Shown: piece after piece, positions 40,369-52,554 of the stretch
Position numbering within the stretch: position 1 is the first letter of the stretch
How the letters are laid out: every line of letters starts with the position of its first letter
DNA from: Neoconidiobolus thromboides FSU 785
Taxonomy: Eukaryota > Fungi > Entomophthoromycota
Length of the DNA: 64,000 bases
NCBI GenBank assembly: GCA_025603075.1
Contig: MU626263.1
Coordinates: 1-64,000 of the forward strand
Direction: 5' to 3'
Made by a program: the position numbers and the translations under genes
Notes under the pieces: generated by a model
Told to the model about the DNA's origin: nothing
Database searches by the model: none
Seen by the model: the letters and a program-made list of their open reading frames with translations, nothing else

Positions 40369-40793
40369 ATATAATAAAAATTTTAAACTTTACTAATTAC
40401 GAGCTATAAGTATTTTAATACGTAATAAAAAAAGTAAAAAAGTAGAATTTTTTCAGTAATAAAATCAGACTAATTTATTTATTACTTAAAATAAAGCAAT
40501 ACTCAATAGAAATACTTTAGAAAATTAATTTTTCAATGCATATATAAAATTCTATAACTATATTATCCTCCTTATAGCCTCCAAGCTCTAGTATGATTAT
40601 AAAATTATTATTAGAGCTCAACCCATTATTACCAAATCTAGAAATTCTATTAATAAAATCTAATCAAATAAAATAATTTTGATAATCAATCTAAGATGCG
40701 ACCAACTTTGACATCATAAAAGAATACTTTAATTCTTAAACTTAATAAAAGCTTAATTTGTAAATTTGTAATTGTGAGTTTTTTATATCAAAT

Positions 40794-43452
40794 ATGTCCC
40801 GCCATAGAGATGTACGTAATTTAGATATTGACGGTAAGTTAAAATGATAAAGAAGTAAAATATAAAATATAAAAGATGATTAATTAGTTAATTTTTTTAG
40901 AAATATTAGAGGAAGATGATTACTATGATGAAGAAGTACCTGCGTTGAGTGCAGAAGATGAGGGTAAGTTAGTTCTTTATAATTAACTAATACCAATCGA
41001 ATAGACTGTACTAATCCCCTTTTTTCCCTTTTTTATAAAAGGTAAAATGCGGTTAGGAGTGGAGTCTGTTTATACCATATTAGGAGAGGATGTTGAATTA
41101 AATAGAGATATCATTGAAGAAACGTTATGGTATTATTATTTTGATATTGAGGCTTCGGTAGATTATTTGCTAAGTAAGTTATTCTTGAACTGGATAAATG
41201 AAAGCTTTTTGGATGATTGATTGATTTGTTTTTTTACAGAGGAAATATCGAATAAAAAAAAACAAGACAAGAAAAAGGAAAATAAAGGTAAGGGCTTCAT
41301 TGTTAGATGAGCGGGCTGTAACGGTTTCTAACAATAAATAGTAAAAGTAGAAATAAAACCAAAAGTAGTAAAGAAAGAAGTTAAAAAAGAAGATAAAGGG
41401 ATAACGAAAGGTAAGAATAAGATTTAAACTATTGTATAATGAATTTACTTATTTAATTCAAACAGAGCAGAAATCTTCCAAAAATAAAGTATCCCAATTA
41501 GAGATGGATTTATCAGCAATGAATTTAGATACATCCGAAATAAAACGACCCGTATCACCACCCGTGATAAATAAAAAAATTAATGTTATTAACGAGTTTA
41601 AGAAAAGAGATATCCAAAAACCAAACATTAATTTAGTTATAGTAGGTAAATATATAAGCAACATTATTATTTAATACAATAAATTTATAATTTAATGTTT
41701 TATTGATTTATTTTAATTAAATAGGTCATGTAGATAGCGGTAAATCAACTTTAATGGGACATATACTTTATCAAGTAGGTAAAGTAGATGAAAGAACTAT
41801 GAAAAAATATCCTTTTTGTTGTTATTAATTATGATATATAATATATATTTAATCCTTAACCTTAACTTACATTTGAAAGAGAAAGTGAAAAATTAGGCAA
41901 AAAATCGTTTGCTTATGCTTGGGTGTTGGACGAAACAAGTGAGGAAAGAGAAAGGTAATGATAAATTAATAAATTAATGAAAAAATTCAGCAAATTTGAT
42001 TTTTAATATGATTCTAAATAGAGGTGTTACTGTTGATATAGCGACCTCTGAGTTTACGACAGAAAATCGTCATTTTACTATCTTGGATGCACCGGGTCAT
42101 CAAGATTTTATACCTAATATGATATCAGGAGCTGCACAGGTTAGATCATATTAATTAAGATTATAAGAAAAACTTAATATAATTGAATTAAATATAGGCT
42201 GATGCAGCTATTTTGGTTATAAATTCATCTCAAGGAGAATTCGAAACTGGGTTTTCTAAAGGTGGGCAAACTAAAGAACATGCTTTATTAATAAGATCAT
42301 TAGGGGTCAAACAAGTAGTTATTGCAGTCAATAAGTTGGATATGGTAAGCATTTATTAGTAGCTGAATATGTTGTTAGTAATATGCTAATTTTGATTCTA
42401 ATAGTGTGACTGGGATGAAGGAAGATATCAAGATATAGTAGCAAAATTAATGGAATTTATGACACAAGCAGGGTTTAATCCAAAAAGCTTAACATTTATA
42501 CCAATATCTGGGCTAAAAGGAGACAATCTAGTTAATTCGATTAAAAATAGGCAGCATCCATTAAACTTATGGTATAAAGGCCCACCTTTATTGGATGTTA
42601 TTGGTAATTCATTATAATATATAGTTAGTATATTAATAATACAATTATAACTAACGCAATATACTTTACTTTATTTTATATAAATAGATAAATTCCAACC
42701 TCCAAGTCGACCAATTGAATTGCCTTTACGTATACCTGTAGCTGATTTTTTTAAAGGTGGATTAGGTAGTAGTTCAGGTGTTACTGTATCTGGCAGAATT
42801 GTACAAGGTAATGTACAAATTGGTGACATATTATATGCTTTACCAGGGGATGAAAAAGGTGTTGTTAAGGTTATTGAGATTAATGATAATCCAGTTCCTT
42901 GGGCTGTAGCTGGAGATTCTGTAAGCGTTACGTTAGGGAATATTGATTTGGTTCAATTTAGGTAGGATTTGCTATATTAATATAATTGTATGACGTAATA
43001 GTTAATATATTGTACTGTATTAGATCTGGGACTGTTTTATGCCCGCAAGATTCCATAATCTCCACTACCAATGTTTTTTTAGCACAAATATTAACTTTTG
43101 ATACTAATGTACCAATTACCAATGGTTATCCAATTATTATCCATTATCAAAGTTTAAATATTAGCGGTTATATTACTAAATTAGTTAATCTTTTGGATAA
43201 ATCTACGGGAGAAATAATTAAAAACAATCCAAGGCATTTACCAAGGAATTCAACAGCTACTGTACAAATTAAAACAGATACAGTGTTGGCTATTGAACCG
43301 TTTAATCAATGTAAAGAACTAGGTAGAATTGCTTTGAGAAATTCAGGTAATACAATTGCAACAGGAATTGTTTTAAAGGTAAGGGTTTTTTTGAATTAAT
43401 TAGTTTGAGTTGCTTATTGATGTTTATCTAGGTCTTACCACAGATAATTTAA
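40794..43452 (+). CDS. HBS1: HBS1 translational GTPase, multi-exon, one AT-AC intron
   Basis: MSRHRDVRN start, [57 protein letters not shown]. Confidence 0.95.
41807..41870 (+). other. U12-type (minor spliceosome) AT-AC intron in HBS1
   Basis: 5' ATATCCTTTT, branch TCCTTAAC at 41853-41860, 3' AC; removal gives in-frame [13 protein letters not shown]. Confidence 0.93.
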
Positions 43453-43655
43453 TTGTAATTGAATTAATAATAAAAGGCTTATGTTTATTATTATATGCTT
43501 TATTTATACTCTAGTTAGTTTTGGTGTGCTTACTTGAAAATTTAAAAATACTCAAATGATTTATTAAAATAAAATAAAACAAATACTTGACACGATAATC
43601 TTGATATTCTTTTATTATAATTTAATTTAATATTAAAATAAGGGTGCTCCTAAGT

Positions 43656-44426
43656 TTAACATTCCCTTTCACTCCTGCTCCCCTCCCGCCTATTCTCATC
43701 CTCCTCATCTACCTTCTTTCCAACTTCTTTTTTATAATTCAATTTCTTTGAACATTTCTTACATAGAGTAACTTTGACTAAGGCATTTTTCTTTTCTCCA
43801 TTTTCAAAAAAAGCAAAATCAACTTCCCATTTTCTTAGCTCTTTCTTTTTACCACAATCTAAATTGCCACATATTTTTTCCCCTTTTCTAGATATAACTT
43901 CAGTTTCGGTTCGCCACCTTAAAGCTATCTAATAAAGAAAGAGTATGATTAGTATTAGGATTGGAGATTTTTTTTGTAAGGGAGAGCAAATAAATTAATG
44001 ATTTAAAACTGTTACTTACTTTCCCTTCTTTATAATATTTTAAGTTAGCTAAACAATATTCTCGATATAGCTTTGAGTTATAATTTTCATAGACCCTTTT
44101 TTCCCATGTTTTTAAAGATTCTTTATTTTCTTCCTCTCTACCTTCCTCTCGCTCCTCATCTTCTTCATCTTCTGGCAGAAATCTAATGCATTTTAAAAAC
44201 ACGTTTCAATAGATCAATTAATTATCTTTTACCTATACTGCTCTTTTATTATATCCAATTCCGTTTTTAAATTCTTTTTAGAGTGATATGTTTTATCAAT
44301 TAATTTTTTATCTACTTTATAATTCTTTGAGATTTCTCGGTACTCTCTTTCGTGTTGTAGTGGCCGCTAATTAAACCTCTGTTAGCTTTATTATGGATTA
44401 TATTTTTATATGGCTACCTTACTCAT
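43656..44426 (-). CDS. FRA10AC1: FRA10AC1-like protein
   Basis: TWEKRV...KLYREYCLANLKYYKEGKIALRWRTETEV...CGNLDC; LVKVTLCKKCSKKLNY. Confidence 0.88.
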
Positions 44427-44610
44427 TTTCTATGATAACTTATTACAAAGAGATGTAAAATAAATATCAGATTCTTTAGTTGATTTTATTAACTTATAAT
44501 GGTCATTAAACCAATCAATTAAAGTTCAAGGATTTTATTATAAAAAACAAGTTTATCAAATTCAATAAAAGGTTCAATTTCATTTTATTAAACTTTAAAT
44601 CATATAAACG

Positions 44611-45884
44611 ATGAGAGTAAATACGCCACATCCCTCGCACTTACACTCTAGATACTAATAATATCATATAGAGCACTTCCGAACAACAGAAGACAGTCAA
44701 AGATTTTATGAATGTTACACAAACTAGGTAAGAAGATCAATCCATTTCAATACTCTCCTCCATCTCCTACATAGAACTAATTCTAACCCGTTATATAGTG
44801 AAACTACAGCCAAAAATTATTTAAAGAGTAATAGTTGGAATTTAGAAGCTTCTGTCAATGCATTTTTTGGCAAACATCCAAATCGAATGGAAACTGTTTC
44901 TCAAAGTAAAAGTATTTTTGCTTTAGAAACTTTGTTTGAGGAATATAAAGGTAAATTTAAAAGTATGATTGTTATTTGTTGAAGGAGTACATAAATACAA
45001 TGAGCGATTGAAGCAAAAGAAATGAGTTTACGTATAAAGGAATCTTAATTAATTATTTAATTTATTTTAGAACCCAATGAAGATTTAATCTTAGTAGATG
45101 GTACTATTAAATATTGTGAGGATTTAGAAGTTGATCCAACTGATATTGTTATGTTAATTGTATCTTATGAATTAAAGTGTGAAACGATGTGCGAATTTAA
45201 AAAGGATCCTTTTATCTCAGGATGGAAGGAATTAAAGTAAACTTTTTTTTGAGTTTTTTTTAATTATATTTTAATAATTGATATACTAACTGATTTATTT
45301 TTTAGTTGTTTTAGTTTAGAAGATATGAAAAATAAATTGCCATATTTAAGAGAAAAACTAAATGATCAAGCTTATTTTAAAAAAATATATTTATATGCTT
45401 TTACTTTTGGGAAAAATCAAGGGCAAAGATCATTAAGTAAGTTGGATACTATAAATTCATATAATTATTTAAGAATTATTATTTTGTATTAGATTATGAA
45501 ACTGCAATTGGGTTATGGAAACTGTTGTTAGAAGGGAGATATCCACATCTAGAATTATGGTGTCAATTTGTATTAGAAGAGCATAAAAAAGCAATTTCTA
45601 AAGATGTTTGGAATTTAGTAAGCTATGATATTTGATTTATTTATGCTACTATATTAATTTTATTAGTTTCTAGATTTTACTACAACTGTTGATTTAGAAT
45701 TTAAAGAATATGATGAATTGAGTAAGTTTTTTTAAATTTCTTTCAATTGTTCTATAATTTTAATTCTATAGGTGCTTGGCCTGTGCTTTATGACCAAGTA
45801 GGTGTCCTTTTTCTTAAACATGATTTATTCTAATACTTTCTTTTATAGTTTGTTGAATATGCTCGTAAAAAAATTGCTAATTAG
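44611..45884 (+). CDS. DCN1: DCN1-like neddylation E3 (UBA-like plus PONY domain)
   Basis: WNLEASVNAFF, CEDLEVDP, AFTFGKNQGQRSL, AIGLWKLLL, KAISKDVWNL, AWPVLYDQFVEY. Confidence 0.92.
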
Positions 45885-46338
45885 TTTTTAAATAAAAAAT
45901 TCAAAAAAATGAATGAATTTAAATTTAAATGTTGAGTTTAAATTCATGTTGTATTTTTATTTAATATCTAATACATAAATTATCTAGTTAAAATTGATAT
46001 TTTTAATCTATATAATATGAATATATCTTTCCTTTATTCAAGTCACTATAATAACTTTTATACAAATCTAAATAAATCTACTGGTAAAATAATGGTTTAT
46101 ATCTTTAAAAAAAATTATATAAATACTAAATGAGATTTTTTTACTGTCATGTTAAAATTAAAAACATTATTTTTTATATCTTGGTAGCAATAAAAAGTGA
46201 TATAATTATTTAAATAAGCTTTCATAAGAGATAGGCAACAAGGATCGACAAGTTGTTTGATTCAATTAGAAGTACTTCAAAAATTACAAACCTATAAATA
46301 ACTAAGCTCAATAACACCATCCATTTCCTTATAGATGG

Positions 46339-46895
46339 CTATTCCTCATCAAACGATAGAGGTACCTGTTTCTTCTTTTTCTTTTTAGTATCTTTTTTAT
46401 TTTTATCTGTTTTCTCCATTTTATCAACTTTATCTCCCTCTTTTGAGTTTTCGATATCGGATTTTCTTTTCTTTGATCGGAACAGTATTCTACCATCTTT
46501 ATCAACAGCTGCTGTTTTTTCTTCTTCTGGTAAGTCTTTTAATTCTTCTTTGACTTCTACTTCTGGTTTTAATTTACCTTGAACATCGTGTGAGGAATTG
46601 ATTATCTAATAGCAATAATTAAATTACCTTGAGCAACATAGTGCTTCTTTAATTCATATTCATTCAAATGTTTCTCCTCATTTAAAACTACAATCTGGGG
46701 TCTTTCCTCCACTTTTTCTGATAGAAAGTCATCCTTTTCTTCTTCATGATCATCTTCGTTATCTTCATGACGTATCTTATCTCGAATATCTGGTTTTTTA
46801 TGATCTCCCATTAAATTTTTTAAAAAATCAGGTACATTTTTGACATATGTCATACCCTGTTTAAGTTGATATGGCGTTAGTTTATCTTCAGACAT
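46339..46895 (-). CDS. DUF4604-like small charged protein (1 intron)
   Basis: MTYVKNVPDFLKNL, EERPQIVVL, ILFRSK and LSFDEE end. Confidence 0.7.
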
Positions 46896-47125
46896 AATAG
46901 ATATTAAATTTAAATCCTTTAAACAATGTCAATTCAAAAGCTTAGCCTGAATCCAAATTTCAAGAATAAATAAAAATTTTAAATAACCTAAATTAGTAGG
47001 TATGATTGGTTCTAAATTTCAATTGAATTCCAAATTAATGGGAAGTTTTGCAAAAATTTCTCTTTTTTTGTTTTTTATTAAGTTTATAAATAGAAGTTTA
47101 ATATCATTATATATCAAAAAAAATT

Positions 47126-48661
47126 ATGGATCCCAATTATATGTATCAACAACAAGCTGGGCAGCAAGCAGCATATGGATATTCTGCTCCACAAGCTAAC
47201 ATGGAAGGTCAACGTTCCCTTTATGTGGGTAATTTAGATCCTAAAGTCACTGAATTTATGTTATCCGATATATTTTCTACTATTGGTCCTGTTGTTTCTG
47301 TAAAGATTATTCCTGATAAGGCAGTAAGTGAACTATGGGACTTTCTTGTGAGACAAGGTTATTGATTAATGGTATTTTTTTTAGATTACTGGTGGACCAA
47401 ACTATGGCTTTGTTGAAATGATAGATACAATGAGAGCTGATGCTGCTCTTCAAAGTTTAAATGGGCGTAAAATTTTTGGCTTGGTAACAAATTTTATTAT
47501 TTGAGAAAACAAACACAATATTGATTTAATCTATAGGAAATTCGTGTTAACTGGGCTTTTGCTTCTGGTTCTGGTGTTCAAAAAGAAGACACTTCAAGTA
47601 TTATTTTTCCCAGTTTTCTTTTTGCATTTTATACTGATATTTATTCTAGATCATTATCATATCTTCGTTGGTGATTTAAGTCCAGAAGTAGATGATGCTG
47701 CCTTGTCCAAAGCATTTACTGTATTTGGTAGTATGTCGTAAGTTAATCCAACATAGCATCAATGATATTAATAACAAATAAATTAATAGCGATGCACGTG
47801 TTATGTGGGATATTGGTTCAAGAAAATCACGTGGTTATGGATTTATTGCATTTCGTGAAAAAGCCGATGCAGAAAAAGCAATTACTACAATGAATGGCGA
47901 GTTTTTAGGGGCTAGATCTATTCGAGTTAATTGGGCTAATCATAAAGGTGCTGCTGCTCAAACCAAATCAGGTTTAGAAAACAGTCTTTCTTATGATCAA
48001 GTAGTTTCTCAAGCTTCACCAACAAATACAACTGTTTATTTAGGCAATCTCCCTCCTTATACAACTCGTAAATTTTGTTGTTATATCATTTATTGTTTGA
48101 TACTGATATTTTTTATTTTATTTAGAGGATCATATTCTTCCCTTTTTCCATATTTATGGTTATGTAGTAGAAATGAGAGTTCAAGCTGATAGAGGTTTTG
48201 CTTTTGTGAAGTAATTGTTATTATATTTTATTTTAATATAAATATTGACATTTTCTTAGATTAAGCACTCATGAACAAGCTGCTGCTGCTATTGTTGGAC
48301 TTCAAGGTACTCCAATTAATGGTAGACCAGTTAAAGTAAACTATTATTTGTTATAATACTATAACTAAATATACTAATGATTTAATAGTGTTCATGGGGT
48401 AAAGATAAACCTAATGAGCTTGGATATCAACCACCAAGTCAGTCAAGTAATTTCCAATATCAACCTTATGGAGGACAAGCCCCAGCTTATGGAGGTGCAC
48501 CAAATTATTCAGTGCCAGATAGTAGTAATATGAATGCAGCAGCTAATCCATCAGGATACGATGGATATGGATATGGTTATAATCAATATTATAGTGCGTA
48601 TGGTGGATATCAAGGTGGATACCCTAATTCTGGACAAAACCCTAATGGCGGTGGCCAGTAA
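47126..48661 (+). CDS. PUB1: PUB1/TIA-1-like three-RRM protein
   Basis: SLYVGNLDP, EIRVNWA, HIFVGDLSPEV, SRGYGFIAF, TTVYLGNLP; Q/G/Y-rich tail. Confidence 0.9.
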
Positions 48662-49542
48662 AAAAGGTTTAATTTCTTTTTTTTAAGAGTTTTTATTACT
48701 TTATAGGCTCTCTTGTGCCATAGATTTTTAAATTCGTACAACTATTGAAAATTAACATAATAATTTTGTAATCAATACTCAATTATTATAATTATAATTT
48801 TGAATTGTTTTATAAAAATTTGATCTTTTTAAGCTATTTTTAATAAATTTTCTTAAGATTTTTTTATTTATCTTTGTAATTATATTTATTGTTTATAATA
48901 TTTAACCATAAACTTTTCTAGTTGAAGGCGAATGTTAAACTGGTTCTAAAGGAAGTCTCCCCTTGTTAATAAGTTCTAGGGCTCTAGATTATTGATTATG
49001 TCACTTATAACTAGATATGCTTGTGTCGAATTAGATTGATTGGCTATGAGTAAGTTTTATAGAAAGTCAATCTCAATTAAATGAATTATATAACTGTTGG
49101 GAATAATTGAGTTATTGAAATAGTTATATTATTTTCTTTTAAAACAAAAGAAGCATTCAACTTGGGTACAAAGAAATAAGAGCTTTTAACAGTAAGAACA
49201 AAGTAATAAATAAGTAGTTGTAATTATAATGGTACAATGTTTTTAAATTCTTATTGTGTTATTAAAATATTAAAAATAAATCAATATAGTTACTTCCATT
49301 ACATATACTAAAGCATAATGTGTAGAGTTATGTGCAAATAATTTTATGAAAAAAATGCTATTTTTAATTCACTCATATTATTTACATTCCTTATACTTTT
49401 CAAATAAAATCCACAAAAAAAATCTAAAAATAAAACATTATAATCATATACAAAACGATATTAAAAAATAATAAAATTTAATAAATGTATTAAAAATTGA
49501 AAAGGTTTTAAATAAAAAAATATTTTAAAAATAGACAAGAAA

Positions 49543-50784
49543 TTATTTTAAAAAATAATTTAAAAGATCCGATAATGTCACAATACCTTCTAATCGATCT
49601 TGATCATCTACCACAATTAATCGATTCACCACTTCTTTCTTAATGGTTTCCATTATTGACTTTAATGTATCGGAACTTTGACAACGATGTACTCCTTCAA
49701 ATGACTAATGAACTTATAAACTTATATCTAACAAGCAATAAAAGTATTTACCTCTGAACGATACATTAAAGCATCTGAAATAGTATGATCTAAGATAGAA
49801 AAATCCCCTTCTTTTAACAAAGCCATAATATCATGGTTTTCAAATACATTTAAAACCACTTGATTCTCATCTAATATAGGAACAGCTGCTACTCTACGTT
49901 CCATAAATCCTTTAACTACATCCATAACTTTATCATTTAGTTTTGCCGTTAAGATGTTTTTATAGCTTCCAATCCCGATTTCTTTTAAAGTGATATTTAA
50001 AGTGGATTTAGCTTTATACTGAAGTAAATCAATGATTAATTTTTGTTATAAATAGTGTATTTAAAAAAGAACTTACGTTAACAGCTAAAAATTTTAAGAT
50101 CCTATATTGCGTTAAAACAGTAACCACTGTATCTTGTTGAGTAATTGGGTCTCTGTCAATAACAGGTAAAATGTGAGAATTAGCAGAAAGGATACGATTA
50201 GCTGCTAAATTTAAAGAATCAAATGGAGAAATACGAATCAAATCCCTATCTTTTGAAAATAATCCCATCTCTTGTTCAATTTTTTTAACTTGACCCACTT
50301 CTAAAGTATCTAACTCTTCAATAGCTTCATCATAATTTTTATTATAAAAATACTCAATTAATGATAAAAAATCATTGCTACTTAATAACCCACTATATTT
50401 TTGAGTTTCACTATTAAATAATGGAGCATAATGAACACCTAATATTGGAGATTTAAATTAGCTTTGTTTAGGAGATATATAAAAAATATATTACTTACCA
50501 TTATGTAATAAAGCTGCTAATGCTTTTTTAAGCGGTAAATGATGGTCTAATAATATCACTTTAAAACTTATAGGTAATAAATCATATGAGGAATGTTGTA
50601 ATAATAAATCTTTGATACTTGCACTTGAATTATCACTTTCGGAACCCTATGTAATAATATTTTTATTAGCTTACAATCAATAATTAAAAATAAACTTAAA
50701 TAATACTTTATTTAGTGAATTCTTTGGTCGACTATAACTTCCTTCCTCTCCTGGCACTTCTTTTTTAACATTTGGAATATCCAT
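49543..50784 (-). CDS. SNF4: AMPK/SNF1 gamma subunit (CBS domains)
   Basis: YDLLPISFKVILLD, VGLLSSNDF, VVTVLTQYRILKFLA, AAVPILDE, RLIVVDDQDRLEGIVTLSDLLNY. Confidence 0.92.
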
Positions 50785-51146
50785 TTTATTTTGTTAAATT
50801 ATTAAAATCAAATTAATCTTTATTTTTTTTCCATGTGCTAATATTCTTTCGTAAATTTAAGAACCAATTATAGTTTATGATTTTTATTTAAGCCTTAAGT
50901 TTTTAGTATTATGTTATCATTTTGTATTAAATTAATAAAATACTAATTAGAATGACCTGATAGAACTACTTATCAGTATTACAGTAAAGTAATGTTGTAC
51001 TTATATATATGCTATCAAATTTTTCAATTATAATAAAACTAAAACAATTAAAAGTATATCAACTTATTTCTATAAATCTCCCCTTAATTTATTAAAGTTT
51101 AACAATAAAATAGCATAAACTCCTAACAATAAACTACACCTTGTCT

Positions 51147-52070
51147 TTAGTTACGTTTTGATTTTTTAGTCCCACCAACTTTATCATCTTCATCACGAGG
51201 TTTATTATCTTCAGGGATATAATCATCGATTAATAAATAAACATAATGATTAACGTTAAACTCGGCTAAACTATTTGGAGTAGTAGTTAAACTTAATAAT
51301 AACCCACCGAAAGAAACATATACAGTACTAATTATTAGAAAATTTATAGGTTAATTTTATAACTCTTATATAGTTTAAAACAACTACTTACGCTTCTTCT
51401 TCATTTTTTTCTTCATAACGATAGACTTTACCATACATTATATATTTAAAATGATCTCCTAAACCAGTGGGTGCCATATTGTTCCATGATGGTGGCTCTG
51501 AAGTACTTGGATCATCTTTGACTGGCTTTCCATCTGGTGACAAATTGAAAGCAATGGCAATATGATATTGTTCACCGACATTGATATTGATTAATTCAGA
51601 GTTGAAATCTAATACTAATTCCATATTTAAAAAGAGAGATCTTGCTTCAAATCTAGAAACTAAAAACACAAATATTAGTTCAAATTAAAATATTAAATCG
51701 AAAGATATTAATTTTGAATAAATTTATAATTTATAATTTAAAAATTTACCTTTATCAAATTTTTTACCAAACCTATCTAAATATAAAACTTCAAAAGCAT
51801 CTCCAATCAATATATTCTCTCTGAATTTATCATCAGGGGTTACCCAATGTTTAGTAAATAAAGCTTTTGCCATCTTTTTTTTAATTTCACTTAAATGTTT
51901 ATATTTTTCATCTTCTTCTTCATCTTTTTTACTATCTAATCCAACTAAATGATGATCATTATTTTCGATTAACTCTAAATTGTTACTATCGTTTTTTTCT
52001 TCAAATAAACCTAGTAAGTTTGTTTAATATTACTGTTTTAAATAATCGTAGTTTTATTTCACTTACTCAT
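51147..52070 (-). CDS. RPB8-like RNA polymerase subunit with N- and C-terminal extensions (3 introns)
   Basis: GKKFDKVSRF, MELVLDFN, FKYIMYGKVYR, YVSFGGLLLSL, YVYLLI. Confidence 0.85.
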
Positions 52071-52455
52071 CTTTAATAATTTTTTTAAAAAAAAGTTAGC
52101 TTTATTTTGGGATCCTTTTTTTGGATTTATTAGTTATCTTTCATTGGCAATTCGTAAAAGTTGAATTTTAATAAAATTGGTAAATTAGTTAATTTGAATT
52201 TTAAATAAATCAACAAAACTACTATTATTATGTAATATTTATCAATCCACACCTTAAAAAACTATAAAAAATAGACTAATAAATCAAACACTATATTATA
52301 TATGTAGTGATTAAGTTTCATATAAAACAATGTACAATTTAAAGTCAGATAATGAGACAACGACAATGTGTAATTTAAATTTTGGTACTATTTTGATTAT
52401 AGATAAATAAATATATGATGATATTGTAAGAATCATAACTAGGAATTCAATATAT

Positions 52456-52554
52456 GGGGATGTATTTTTATATTTAAGAATTTTAGCAACAAATTTTCCA
52501 CTCAAATAGTGCTTAAAAAATGGAAAAAATAATGAAGTCAAAAAAAACACTCCC
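52456..52554 (+). mobile_element. MITE copy 14
   Basis: GGGGATGT...ACACTCCC; ATAT on both flanks. Confidence 0.88.

Noticed and set aside
48900-49100. Higher-GC islands (also 57720-57830) as snoRNA or other ncRNA
   Set aside because: No convincing C/D or H/ACA boxes or tRNA cloverleaf; no tRNA or rRNA was recognised in the window.
50187-50195. GTATCCTTT on the minus strand as a second U12 5' splice site
   Set aside because: It lies in the open SNF4 frame (NRILSAN) with no nearby U12 branch site or need for splicing.
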